A stretch of DNA of 64,000 nucleotides from Mayamaea pseudoterrestris (taxonomy: Eukaryota), in contig BROI01000015.1 in assembly GCA_027923505.1 (NCBI GenBank), forward strand, positions 248,001 through 312,000. Direction: 5' to 3'. Under the pieces are notes generated by a model, which worked only from the letters and a program-made list of their open reading frames with translations, did no database searches and had not been told where the DNA came from. How positions within the stretch are numbered: the stretch's first letter is position 1; each line of letters begins with the position of its first letter. The position numbers and the translations under genes are program-made. Below are positions 24,458 to 35,838 of the stretch, one piece after another.

Positions 24458-24970
24458 ATGCCGCCCAAACGAATTAAAAAGGTCATGGCGACGCCAATCA
24501 ACGTTATATTTGGACACTTGCAGGTATGTCCAAATTCCCAGCAAAATCGACATTCAATTACAAAACGTTCATTACCACAATGTTTGTCAATTATTCGGAA
24601 CTCTCCACTACTGTTGCTTTAAATATGACTCTGATATTGCCGGGCATATTGCTGTACGTCTTGTCGCCTCGCCGCCTCCGCTCATCGTTTCTCTCATCTT
24701 GACTAATTACAGAAAAAGACTCGCGTCCGCATTTGGCTCTACGAAGATACTCGCATGCAAATGGAAGGACAAATTATTGGTTTTGACGAATACATGAACT
24801 TTGTTTTGGACGATGCCGTTGAGATTGATACGCGCAAGTCGCAACGACTGTCGGTCGGCCGCATTCTGCTAAAGGGAGACGCAATCACCATGATACAGGA
24901 AGCTCAGCCAGTCAGGCCGGTTCAACAGGAAGAGGAACAGGCGCCAGTAGATGGTGGTGGCGATGCGTAG
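24458..24970 (+). CDS. SNRPE: Small nuclear ribonucleoprotein Sm E
   Basis: Exon 24458-24523 (MPPKRIKKVMATPINVIFGHLQ), intron 24524-24712, exon 24713-24970 (KKTRVRIWLYE..EGQIIGFDEYMNFVLDDAVE..GRILLKGDAIT). Confidence 0.95.
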
Positions 24971-25246
24971 GCTTTGTTGTTTAATATGATTGGGATGATA
25001 CGATGCCGAACAATGCATTGGCTCAATGCCAGCAAAAAACTAAGGACGCTTTTAGACTTTTGCTAACGTGTGTTGACATGCTTGGTATATAGATGGAACT
25101 ATGAACATGGCTCGTGTCAAACATGACTTCTTTTTTCAAAGTAAATCGTGCCTTCATTCTAGTACATAGAAATGTGCACATGTTACGACGTTACAAATGC
25201 ATACGAGGAGACGCAAAGCATTACTTGGACAGCTGCACGCTGCAAC

Positions 25247-26176
25247 CTATACATTCTTATCGAAATCGCTCACAATGTCTTCATAGGCTTGCAGCAGGTC
25301 ATCATTGGATGCGCTTATTGAGCGAGCGTGAGTGAAAGAGTTCCTTGGAATTCCACCTTTGCACTGTTGTTGCGTAGGCTTGCTGTCTTTTGCTCCATCG
25401 TCTACATGATGATTTATTAGCCTTTCATGATCCAAAACCAAGTGACTTTCGTCGTAAACAGTACCATGCGACATGGAGGCTCGTCGTCGACGAACTGGTT
25501 CACATTGCACTTGCTCAAGTCGTTCGGCCTGCGCAATCTCTCGTTTTTGAAGGTCGTCGTAGGCTTGAATGATTTCGTCGGACGTTCGAAAACCAAGCGA
25601 CTTGCTCCGACGTGCTTGGCGACGACAACTTGGAGAGGACTCAGTCAAATTCAAAGTAAAATCTTTAGCGTCGCCTCGTCGCTGGAAAAAATGACTGCAC
25701 TTTACAGTTGCGGGAGGCGTAGTCGACATGCGAGCTCGTGACCGCGACCGGGATCGACGACGAGTGCACTCCTTTGGCTTGGTCGCATCATCATCACAGT
25801 GAGTACCAGAGCCATTCTTCGATGAAGTTGCTACTGGAGGAGTGGCATGTGTCGACTTGACGTAATTGCTCCCAAAGAAACGCTCGAGGTCGACCTTGAC
25901 CTTGTCCTTCTCCTTGCCACCTGAAAATGGACTGCGAATGCGAAAAGACCCATGCTCAAAGTTGCCGCATGAGTCAGTCAGAATTGGTGATCCCGATGCA
26001 ATGCTCGAGTTGAAGCTGGAATGCAAAGTATCGCTCGCGAACGAGTCGTGGAACTTGGCAAGTATTTGATGATTAGCAAGGTTCGTCCGCGGTGGCTTTT
26101 TCGTCTCGCTGCTTTCAACCGCGCTACAGCCTTCTTCCTCCTTTGATTTGCGAGAGATTTTGACTCGAATCTTCAT
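25247..26176 (-). CDS. Hypothetical Ser/Arg-rich low-complexity protein
   Basis: ~310-aa ORF with RSRSRSR, RRSKS and RRRRASM motifs, and a repeated D[ED][IL][IL]QAY[DE]D motif. Confidence 0.6.
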   Translation of the reverse strand: MKIRVKISRKSKEEEGCSAVESSETKKPPRTNLANHQILAKFHDSFASDTLHSSFNSSIASGSPILTDSCGNFEHGSFRIRSPFSGGKEKDKVKVDLERFFGSNYVKSTHATPPVATSSKNGSGTHCDDDATKPKECTRRRSRSRSRARMSTTPPATVKCSHFFQRRGDAKDFTLNLTESSPSCRRQARRSKSLGFRTSDEIIQAYDDLQKREIAQAERLEQVQCEPVRRRRASMSHGTVYDESHLVLDHERLINHHVDDGAKDSKPTQQQCKGGIPRNSFTHARSISASNDDLLQAYEDIVSDFDKNV

Positions 26177-26632
26177 GGTCAACTCCGAAAGTGTATGCGA
26201 CTGTCGCGCATCCGGAGTTGGCGGACATCCATGTTTGAAGCAAGACCTTCAATCATCTGAACGTTCACAGGGCCTGTTCGGAGATGTCAGCGTTAAGTAG
26301 TTGTCGGTCACGGGACACGTGAACAAGACAAAGCGATGCTCGTACGAGCGGGCAATTGGCAGATGTTGTGGTCTCGAGAGCTTAAGAAATGACGTAGCGT
26401 TCGATTACCACGAAATCAAGCTCGTCCAATATCACGAATATTCAGTCGTGCGAACTTTTGGAATTCTGCGTACGTACTTCAATGAGCCCAATGACTCGTT
26501 TTTCAAACCGCAGAACGACACCTCAGCCATCAAGTCACTCGAACTCGCGCATACTGTCCAAATTGTGCGCCATAGAGACTTGCCATCTACTCCATCGTTT
26601 GGAACTACAACGAGTAAAAACAGTTATGCAAC

Positions 26633-27124
26633 ATGCTTGATTTATTCAATAAAGATTGCAGAACTGAACGGGCGCCCAGCCAACCTCAGCGCAAATGCTC
26701 TCGCTGCTTTGATGCTGACAGCGGCAGCGACGCAGCGACAACTTTGACGATCGATCATTTGCTGTCACAGCCTCTTCGACACGTACACTGCAAACTTGAC
26801 TCGGCTTACAATATGTGGTCCGATAGCTACTCATTCCTCTCAACAAGTATGGCTTCACTTGACGTTGAAGGCACCTTTTCATTGAGTGCGTCAAACTTGA
26901 ATCAACCTGCCTACCAACATTACTCCAGGTCAATGATCGACTCGCCACCACAAATACCGATAAGAAGAGTCTGTCATGACTTGAGAAATGGCCGAGGGGG
27001 CTTGCGACGCAGCAAAGGAGTCATGATGCCATCTCCGATGGGTCCCAGACGGAGGCAGCTGACGAGAAGCGATTTACCAAGGTTGCAGCTACCAAACCTA
27101 GAATCTCCATCCATTAGCATATAA
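26633..27124 (+). CDS. Hypothetical protein
   Basis: 163-aa ATG ORF with DSPPQIPIRR; no recognisable domain. Confidence 0.35.
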   Translation: MLDLFNKDCRTERAPSQPQRKCSRCFDADSGSDAATTLTIDHLLSQPLRHVHCKLDSAYNMWSDSYSFLSTSMASLDVEGTFSLSASNLNQPAYQHYSRSMIDSPPQIPIRRVCHDLRNGRGGLRRSKGVMMPSPMGPRRRQLTRSDLPRLQLPNLESPSISI

Positions 27125-27676
27125 CTTGACCAATTAGCTATCGTATTGCGCTACTAAAGTACTATAATACTCTTGAACCACGCCAGACGTTAAGATAGCT
27201 CGCGGCTGCTGCAGGCTGTAGGCTACAGTATCAGCCAAAAGCTAGGAGTGTTTTGCCGGATATACGGCAAGCGACAATTAAGTGCGCCATGCGCCGAGTA
27301 CATTACGGCAACTATAAGCCAATCAACAGATGAATTATTACTTTAATCGTCAAATATCGTAGATTAAGATGCTGGTAGCTAGCCATGATGTTCTATTGGT
27401 GGAGCTGCATCGGCGCATGTCCATCGACTCCACGGCCGGCGTATGCAGTCGTATATTGAAGTTGAAAATATCGATTGTGAGCATAGATAGCTGCTCTTCG
27501 TATTTGTAATTATGCCCACGACTCAAACAAGAACCATGCGAAGCAAATGTCTCGGAGATTCTGGAGTGTTCCTCACGGAATCTTGCCCACTGACAATTTT
27601 TACTCGTTCGGTCCTGTCGTTTTGTTTGACTGCCATTGACGGTATATTGAAACTCACGAGTACACACAATATTACC

Positions 27677-28027
27677 ATGATGGAGAAGGCCGACATTACA
27701 CCAAATATTCCAAAGCGGACCATAAGCATCGCTCCGCGTACTTGCGATGCATATGATGGCGCTTCACGTGAGCTGCAAACGTCTACTCTTTCGCCATGTG
27801 CGTCACAAGACCATTTCGCCTCTCTATCGGAACGTCTCGCTCGGTTACCATACGCTGAGAATGGAATGCATGCAAGCACCGACAGCAAATGCTGTCTACT
27901 GCACAGTAGCTGGGAAAGCTTCTCAGCGTATACGGCCGACGAAAGCAAAGATTCTCCTCCACGAACACCTAATCGTCATCGGAGCCAAAAGATTCAATTG
28001 CAGCAAACCAAGACGATCTACAGCTGA
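27677..28027 (+). CDS. Hypothetical protein
   Basis: ORF from MMEKADITPNIPKR with DSPPRTPNR; similar in style to the neighbouring ORF. Confidence 0.3.
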   Translation: MMEKADITPNIPKRTISIAPRTCDAYDGASRELQTSTLSPCASQDHFASLSERLARLPYAENGMHASTDSKCCLLHSSWESFSAYTADESKDSPPRTPNRHRSQKIQLQQTKTIYS

Positions 28028-28474
28028 CTGCGTTTGCAGGTTTTGCGTCAATTGTGGAAACGACTTATACGAGATCACACTGATTCTCCGCGTAGAAACC
28101 TTGACGACAGAAGGTAATGATGACCAAAGAGACGATGCATATGCATCACACGATAAACTACACTATTTACACATTAAAAAAGTAACATCAACTGTTAAAT
28201 ATATTACTCTTATACTGCGTATCTTGAGCAATTCAAGCAATGAATTTCACGGACGATTTGCCGTACGCCGATGCTGTCAACTCTCTCGTCGAAATTGCAT
28301 ATGGTCGCTCATTCTCTAGCACTCGAACGGTTAGTCGGCCATCACATGCTTTCATGCTCTTGCCGTACGTACGGTAGTGTGATGGCGGAAGGTAAACGAT
28401 GCATACTTCCAGCTAGGAGTCCTGTGCGGGCGAGTCATCGAATGCCACTAGCGAATGACGGATGCGTCAGCTTA

Positions 28475-29395
28475 TCAAGCATCGTCCAAAAATTGCAAGA
28501 TACTGTTTCTCCAAATTCGAGGCGACTCCATGGGAACAGCGTGGCCACACGTGGAAACGACTGTCAGTAGGTCCTCCGAAAGGTTCAACTTCGCGCTCAG
28601 TGCCTGCACACTTCCCAATGAAGCCATCTGATCGTTTTGCCCCACCACCAAGTGAATTTTGCAGGTTCCTGGCAGCTGACTTGCCATATTCTCGACGCTC
28701 CATTCTGGATTGTGTGTCTGTTCAAGCAGCGCAAGCAATCCTTGAGGCTTGTGCATGTGCGATCCGGAAAGTGACTCCGCCCAAGACACAAGGTGATTTT
28801 GATGTTGCAGCAAAAACGATGCATGGTAGGATGACATAAGCAAACTCCAAGCAAAGCCTTGTAAATTTTCTTGTCGCAGCAACTCTTTCCAAGCATGGTA
28901 GTGAACTTGAGCACGTTCGCTGGTTTGCAATCCAACGCCTGTCACGTGCAACTTGCGGATGCGGCCGTGTAGTAGACAAGCTGCCGCCAAGCCGATGCGA
29001 CCACCCATACTGAACCCAGCAATGTCTACTTGCGTGTCTTTACCAAATTCGTAATCCAATATTGTTGCGAGCGCCTTGACTTGGGCCGGCAAGGATACGT
29101 CAGAAGGAAATGCTTTTGTCCCAGTCCCCATGGCTTGGAAGACAATGACACTCCGTTTTTGAGTGAGCGCTGGAAGATGTGGCATGTACAAGTCTATGGA
29201 TTGTGCAAATCCAGGTATTATTATGAGAGGGACATTCAATCGACTTGCTTTGCTGGTATTAACATCAGAGCATGGAATGTGCCGATACGTCAAAGAGTCG
29301 CGACGAAATACTTGTTGATTGCTTGAAGCAGCGGTAGGTTCAAACGCACTGCAATCAGCAATAAAGATAATGCTCAGTATGACCAACACTAGCAT
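28475..29395 (-). CDS. Alpha/beta-hydrolase, predicted secreted or plastid-targeted
   Basis: IIPGFAQ oxyanion loop, GFSMGG nucleophile elbow, VGQNDQM acid and GHAVPME His. Signal peptide ends CSA|FEP. Confidence 0.88.
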   Translation of the reverse strand: MLVLVILSIIFIADCSAFEPTAASSNQQVFRRDSLTYRHIPCSDVNTSKASRLNVPLIIIPGFAQSIDLYMPHLPALTQKRSVIVFQAMGTGTKAFPSDVSLPAQVKALATILDYEFGKDTQVDIAGFSMGGRIGLAAACLLHGRIRKLHVTGVGLQTSERAQVHYHAWKELLRQENLQGFAWSLLMSSYHASFLLQHQNHLVSWAESLSGSHMHKPQGLLALLEQTHNPEWSVENMASQLPGTCKIHLVVGQNDQMASLGSVQALSAKLNLSEDLLTVVSTCGHAVPMESPRIWRNSILQFLDDA

Positions 29396-29638
29396 TGAAA
29401 GCATCCACTACGATTTTGAAGCTTGCTGTAGCAATGGGCGGCTTTAGATTGACTGTGAATTCTGTGAGACGAGAGATTCGATCACCTCAATTGCGCAGAG
29501 TAGCTCATCGTACCGGTATTCGATCTTTATGTCGCACCGTAACTACTTGGAGCTGCGTCCGAAACCGTCTCTGCATGCCTCTCCAGCAAGAAGAAGCACT
29601 CGTCGTTGGTAGCTTTCGTAAACGACCAGTGTCTGATC

Positions 29639-32026
29639 ATGGAGACAACTACCGTTAGTACAACTGAAATGCTTGTGGAACAGCTCCGCAAGCCAAACGC
29701 GACAATCTCTAGCGTGGAGCTCGACGCGACGTGCTCCAACGAAACGTTGCAACACATTCTAGACGCTATTCTCAATCGAAGTAGCGAGAACGAAGATATT
29801 CAGATATTCTCAATAATAGATATTACTTTGGAGTCAGAGACGTTTAGTAAAGTTTGCGAGGCGCTGGTGTCACTGAAGCAGCTACGAGAATTGACATTGG
29901 CATCCATCGGACTCTCGGCAAACGCCTTGCGCAAACTTTGCAAGATTTTGAATCACTTTCAGCATCTTTCACTACTCTCACTCGCTGGTAATAGGAAATT
30001 GGGATCTAGAGGAATCAAGATGCTGAGTGAAAACTACTTGGCCAAGAACAAGACGTTGGTGCACTTGGATTTGAGTGATACATCCATGGGCCATTTTGGG
30101 GCGCAGTCACTCTCGTTGCCGACGACGTTACAAACACTATTGCTTAAAAGCAATGCCATGGGACATGATGGAATATGGAAGCTTGCTGAGCCGCTCCAAC
30201 GACTTGATTTACTACATACGCTCAATCTAGCCTCCAACAATTGTCTGGATGACGGGTGTCTTGAGATTGCCAAACACATTTCATTTTGGCATCATTTGCG
30301 ACACTTGAATCTAGCGAATAATGACATTGGAGACATTGGCGTTGAAGTCTTGGCTCGAGAAATGGATGGTTCGCTTGTGCGCGAAGTCTACTTGCAGAAC
30401 AATCAGATTACGGATGCCGGGGCGGCGCACTTGGGCGATCGGCTATTGGGCATGACCAATCTGCAGGTGCTTCAACTAGCCAACAACAAGATTCAGAATT
30501 CTGGGTGTATCTCTATTGCGCATGGTCTAGTATATAAGGAAGACGTGAGTGAGGATGACGAAGACGGAGACGGCAGTGAAGAGGAAGATTTGACCGAACT
30601 GGGTGACGCGGTAAACGACGACGAAGACGATGTTGGATCGCGCTCGCCACTGCGAAATGGTATCGACGCAAAGGATACACCCAAGCATACGAAGCAACAA
30701 ACGAGGCTCAAAATTTTGAACCTTTCGTGCAATCAGATTGGAGATGGCGGCGCTGGAGCATTCGTGGAGCTGCTCGACGAAATTCCAAGCTTGCGCGTAT
30801 TGGATACAACAAGTAATCAAGTGTCAGAGGCCCGAGCCAGAATCTTGGATGTTTTGCTGAAGCACAGGCAACATGATCAACAGCGAATGGTGGAAAGCAC
30901 CAAGTCGCGGCCAACTATTATCTTGTCTCCCACACCACCAAGGCCTCTGCGGCAAACGTCGGCCTTCGAAAGCATCTCATTTGATTTGACCGAGGCAGAA
31001 GCAGAAGACGACGAAGCCGGCAATGATCTTATATTGAATGATGAAAAAGCTTTGCTAAAGAACGTTTTGGAGCAGCCCATGGATGCGAGCGGTGGACCAG
31101 CCATTAACCTCTCTCATGCGTATTTTAATCTCCTGACGAGCAACTTTTCTCCGAAACGAATCATCACATATTCCTCCGTCGGCAATATCTATGACGCTCA
31201 TGATGATGAACTCGATGGTGCCACTTTAATGGTCCGCAGCCTTTACATGCATACAGCAGGGGCGATGAATGAAGTGCGAGCGTCTGTTGTCGGTGAGTTG
31301 AAACATATTCAGCACGACAACATTATGCGAATAACGGCGCAGCTGCTAGGGCCATCCGTCTACTGTTTCCTGTACGACTTGCGCGATCGCAAATCGCTCC
31401 GTGATATTCTTGAAAATGAGTACGCTCGCACGGCCTTTTCGTGGAACCTGCGAGTCAAGACCATGCTCTGTATTGCACAAGCGTTGCACTACGTTCACGA
31501 AGGCGACCAATCTCGTCGCAAGCCAAGCTTTCATGGCGACATCAATCCCAGCAACATTTTTGTCGCAAGCGACTACTCTGTTGCCAAGCTTTCTGGTTGC
31601 GGACTGAGTCGGTTAATTGCAACGGATCGTGGCAGGTTTCATTCGGGCGAAGCAGTGTTTGGCTCGCGTGGATATCGATGCCCTCGCTATGAACGCGGGT
31701 CTTGTCAGTACGATGCTGCCAGTGATATGTTTTCGTTCGGTGTGATTGCTGCTGAATTGTTAACTGGCTGCCTCCAGGGTACGAGAAAGAATCCGAACGG
31801 CATGTCAAACGACGTGCTTTTTGATAACCTGTTTGGCGAGAATCCATTCGAGGCGGACCTAAAACCAAGACCAGTGGCTCATAGGCAGGTACTTGAATCG
31901 ATTGGCCAGATCGCAGCTGCTTGTATGAATCTTGTGCCATCGAGTCGACCATCCGCTGCAGCCGTAATTCAGTTTATTGCTGGTATTCCGCTCTTGCCAG
32001 AACCATTGACAAATAACAATGCTTAA
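29639..32026 (+). CDS. RI-like leucine-rich repeat protein with C-terminal Pelle/IRAK-like (pseudo)kinase domain
   Basis: Repeated LxxLxLxxNxIxxxG units. Kinase subdomains WNLRVK..IAQALHYVH, HGDINPSNIFV, GSRGYRCPRY and SDMFSFGVIAAELLTG. Confidence 0.88.
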   Translation: METTTVSTTEMLVEQLRKPNATISSVELDATCSNETLQHILDAILNRSSENEDIQIFSIIDITLESETFSKVCEALVSLKQLRELTLASIGLSANALRKLCKILNHFQHLSLLSLAGNRKLGSRGIKMLSENYLAKNKTLVHLDLSDTSMGHFGAQSLSLPTTLQTLLLKSNAMGHDGIWKLAEPLQRLDLLHTLNLASNNCLDDGCLEIAKHISFWHHLRHLNLANNDIGDIGVEVLAREMDGSLVREVYLQNNQITDAGAAHLGDRLLGMTNLQVLQLANNKIQNSGCISIAHGLVYKEDVSEDDEDGDGSEEEDLTELGDAVNDDEDDVGSRSPLRNGIDAKDTPKHTKQQTRLKILNLSCNQIGDGGAGAFVELLDEIPSLRVLDTTSNQVSEARARILDVLLKHRQHDQQRMVESTKSRPTIILSPTPPRPLRQTSAFESISFDLTEAEAEDDEAGNDLILNDEKALLKNVLEQPMDASGGPAINLSHAYFNLLTSNFSPKRIITYSSVGNIYDAHDDELDGATLMVRSLYMHTAGAMNEVRASVVGELKHIQHDNIMRITAQLLGPSVYCFLYDLRDRKSLRDILENEYARTAFSWNLRVKTMLCIAQALHYVHEGDQSRRKPSFHGDINPSNIFVASDYSVAKLSGCGLSRLIATDRGRFHSGEAVFGSRGYRCPRYERGSCQYDAASDMFSFGVIAAELLTGCLQGTRKNPNGMSNDVLFDNLFGENPFEADLKPRPVAHRQVLESIGQIAAACMNLVPSSRPSAAAVIQFIAGIPLLPEPLTNNNA

Positions 32027-32271
32027 AAGTGAAATAGAGTGCTGTGTAATCGTTTGACATGAGTAATAACATACATTATCATACATGAATGAATCGGCTG
32101 GCTTGCTGTTGCTAGCTAAGAATATTAACCTTCCCTCTAACTCGGCTAGTTCAACGGATGACCATCGTCATCGTCGACCAACACCTTCGATTTTGACGAG
32201 TGGAGCGCCGCTGCAGCAAAAGCTTCCGCACGCTCCTGCCTGTTTTCTCATTGCTTTTAATAATATTCAAG

Positions 32272-32999
32272 ATGTCTCAAGGCTCCGCTCCGTATGATAT
32301 GCAGATTAAGCTGCTAATGATCGGTGACAGTGGAGTTGGGAAGACCTGCGTGAGTTTAACAGCATTAGCAGCTGCAGCTGCATGGACACATGGACCGCGT
32401 AATCTTGCTCGAACCAGCGTCTCACCGATTCCTTTCGCTCCGTACTTGCTTTGCAGCTGTTGCTCCGTTACGCCAACGACTCGTTCTCGCCGACGTTTAT
32501 TACTACGATTGGCATTGACTTTAAAATTAAGAATGTCGATATTGATGGAACTCGCATCAAGCTTCAGATTTGGGACACGGCGGGCCAGGAACGCTTTCGT
32601 ACAATTACGACAAGCTATTTTCGCGGTGCGCAGGGAATTTTGCTCGTGTATGACGTTACTGACCGACGCTCGTTTGAGAGCATTCGCAATTGGATCTCAC
32701 AAATTCAGCAGCATGCGGATGTACATGTTAACAAGATTTTGGTCGGGAACAAGTGCGACATGTTGGACGACAAGGTTGTCAGCACGGAAGAGGGAGAGAA
32801 ACTCGCCAAGGAATTCAATATTCCATTTTGGGAGTGCTCGGCGAAGAATGACATTAATGTTGACCCTTCCTTTGTAGGCATTGCCCGCGCTGTCAAGGAC
32901 AGGTTGGTTGCAGATGGGCAGGGTGGCCCGCAGCAAAATAAGCAAGGGCTCAACCTCAAGGCTTCTCAAGGATCGCAGCCGAAGAAGCAGTGCTGCTAG
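32272..32999 (+). CDS. RAB8: Rab8/Sec4/RabE small GTPase
   Basis: [41 protein letters not shown] and C-terminal CC. Intron 32350-32456. Confidence 0.93.
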
Positions 33000-33385
33000 G
33001 CAACATTATTGCTTGACTTGGTGGCGCAGAAGATTGCATGCAGTAACTAGTGTGGCATTATGATCATACTCGTTTGAATTCGGCTCCTGGCTGATTGCTC
33101 AAATTTATATGTGATTGCTCTCCAGCTAAGGTAGTTCAATTAACCTTACAGTTAGTTTGAGAATGTATACTTTGAACTACGTTGTGCAAGTCCATCCGCT
33201 AGGTAAACGATACGAAAGCCTTGGAGTATCGGTATAGTTTCCCCATATGAATAGGAGTCATTTGCCATGAGTCATAATGACCTGGACACGAAACAGCTGT
33301 CGGCACGGAAGGCTTCAAACGCGCGAGCGTGGGCGCGCCGCCACTCACATCGCAAGAGCGTCACTTGTTAAGCAAAGTGTTGACA

Positions 33386-33859
33386 ATGAAGACTAGAGAC
33401 GATTCAACGACAATCACCCCACCTTCAGCCAAGCATGTAAGGAGACAGAAACGCTTTTCTCGTTTAGATCTGATGCCGTCCGTGCCTGAGACGGTTTCCA
33501 ACGCAGCCTCCAAGCTTCGGTCGTCTTTGCTATTTCAAAAACCAGTCGAAGCGGACCCCTACGGAAGAACACCTTCATCTTCGGAATTGTACGAGGCGAG
33601 CAGTGACTTTAGCATGCTGGACATGGCGGATGCACTTACTGGTTCGCCGACTCAGTCGAGTAAACGGCCGGGCGTCGATGGGGGAAATATTGGACTTGCA
33701 AACTCGTTTGCCTCTTTGGATGAAGATGATGTATCAAGGAAGGAACCAGAAAAGGATGAATCAAAGGAACCAGTGACTAGGAAGGCAGGAAACGATGAAA
33801 TCATTCCAGCACACCGAAATATGTTGTCGCGCTGGCAGCAATCGTCCGGTGTCTTTTGA
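33386..33859 (+). CDS. Hypothetical protein
   Basis: ATG ORF of ~157 aa, low complexity, no domain recognised. Confidence 0.4.
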   Translation: MKTRDDSTTITPPSAKHVRRQKRFSRLDLMPSVPETVSNAASKLRSSLLFQKPVEADPYGRTPSSSELYEASSDFSMLDMADALTGSPTQSSKRPGVDGGNIGLANSFASLDEDDVSRKEPEKDESKEPVTRKAGNDEIIPAHRNMLSRWQQSSGVF

Positions 33860-34098
33860 GGTTTGAACCAAAGTCATACTGTGCGCCTTGTGACAAGCCA
33901 GCAAGCGAGACCTCTCGATAAATTACATACCGTTAATCACTTCTTTCATTCGAGTTTGATTGTAGTACTTGTAGTCGGTTGAATTTGAACCTATTTTTCA
34001 CACCGTAGGTAGTGATTGATGCTGTCGCACCACGACACGCTCGCTTCGTCAGCATTTTCTGCGCTTCCAATTTTCATCCGTCACACACGCCGTTTACC

Positions 34099-34795
34099 AT
34101 GGCTCTTCCCTTCCTTTTTGTATGCATCGCTCTTAGCGTGTGCATGTCTCACGGCTTTCACGTAAGCCATGTGGTTAACAAGGGAAAGTTTGCTCTGCTG
34201 ATGGTTCCAAAGTACGATAAAAAGTTGGCAAAGTGGTCACCGAGCACTGCTGCCGATCGACCTGAAGCCGGCTACGGAATCGGCAAGACATTGCTGTTGC
34301 GTGGACCAAAGCCTTTCTTTCATAGACTCTTTCAACCAGAAGATTATGAGCAAGCAGTGCTAAAGTGTGAGTCAATCTTGGCCATTTCAATGCTCAACGC
34401 CGTCGGAGCCATAACTCACGTTGCGCGTACTTGCTCATTTCTCTACATCTTTTAGTCATGGCATTGGACAAATGCGACCGCATTGAAGCACAAGGTAACA
34501 TGGACGCTTATCTGGAAAATGCGCAAGGTACGACACAATGCATTCGCATGCAGTGACACTTGCTAAAATGCTAACAATCGCCAGTCGCGTCTTGCCACTC
34601 ACTTTGCCAGATTGGGCGTTTGAGCGTCTGGAGAGCAAACGGACTGGATTTAAACGAAACTACACTGACATTGACAACAAAAACTTGGCACTGACGCTGG
34701 TCTGGTCGACGATTGTGGCAGCTTATGCTGGTCGAGCTGTCTACTGTCTCGCGACGGACGAGTATTACTGGTCTTTTCTTACGAGAAACTTATAA
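34099..34795 (+). CDS. Hypothetical plastid-targeted membrane protein (3 exons)
   Basis: Signal peptide ends SHG|FH. Introns 34367-34455 and 34528-34610 give a continuous frame YEQAVLKFMALDKCDRIEAQGNMDAYLENAQDWAFERLE and a C-terminal TM. Confidence 0.75.
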
Positions 34796-34995
34796 TACCA
34801 CCAGCGGTCATGTTGATATGCAAGTCGTCACAAAACATACTCTTTAGTTAGATTTAGTGTTAATCACTCGCTGGTAACTAAAACGAGCACCTAACCCAAG
34901 AAGAGAAGATGATGATGAATGTAGCGTCGCCTACGACACATGATACGGTACTCAATCCCGTTCCACTGCAAATCGACGTCAAAATCTGATCGACC

Positions 34996-35838
34996 ATGGC
35001 CATCGAGAAAGAGCTACCTCAGCCATGTAGTGGTAATTTCTATAGCTATCTTCGTCATGATGAATTAGAAAAGCAATCTTTGAACAATCCTCTTCGGAAA
35101 GACGAGCTCGTATGGGTTCTGCAAAGCAAAGGACGACGTCGCAAGGCTAAGAATGAGTCTGGCGGTGAGATGAAACGGACGTCGGTATCGGACAATAATG
35201 ATGTCATGCGCAACAATCCACTAGAAGAATTGCAGGAAGAAGTTGACCAGAAAGAACATGTTTCTGCACAACGTCTTGAGCTGTTCCTTCGAGCTCGCAT
35301 CACCGACGACGATGCACTTGCTGCATCAAATTCTCGCATTCGCGTCCAATATCCATTGGGGAGTACATATACCATCTGCAGGAGCAATATTGTCCGAATT
35401 CTTGACGAAAATCAGCGACAACTAGTGTTGGTTTACCCTGAAACTCCAATCTACCGCCGAGCGTGCGTTGTAAATACGCTGCCCGACGACGTGTTTGTAG
35501 AGATTGGCAGTGCTTTTGGCGACAATGTGAATCGCGTCTACCAAAAGTCAACGAAACGCGTATTTGGTGTTGATAAATCCGAGACTAGTGTTGCTACTGC
35601 ACGAAAGAATCATCCCCATTTGAACCTTTTGCTCTGGGACATTTTGGAAGATTCAACTAAGCTGCCTGAAAAGCTAGCTGGTGTAGCTGTGGATGTACTC
35701 GCAATTGACATCAATGGCACGCGCGAGTTGGAAGCCGTTCTCCAGTGTTTGCAAGTAGTGTTTGATTTATGGGAGCCTCGTTTGGTCATCGTCAAGTCCA
35801 GGAATCTTCACCAGCGGCTGTCGGCTGCAAGTGGCTGA
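34996..35838 (+). CDS. Class I SAM-methyltransferase-like protein
   Basis: VFVEIGSAFG (motif I-like), VFGVDKS, LLLWDIL, DVLAIDING. Confidence 0.65.
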   Translation: MAIEKELPQPCSGNFYSYLRHDELEKQSLNNPLRKDELVWVLQSKGRRRKAKNESGGEMKRTSVSDNNDVMRNNPLEELQEEVDQKEHVSAQRLELFLRARITDDDALAASNSRIRVQYPLGSTYTICRSNIVRILDENQRQLVLVYPETPIYRRACVVNTLPDDVFVEIGSAFGDNVNRVYQKSTKRVFGVDKSETSVATARKNHPHLNLLLWDILEDSTKLPEKLAGVAVDVLAIDINGTRELEAVLQCLQVVFDLWEPRLVIVKSRNLHQRLSAASG

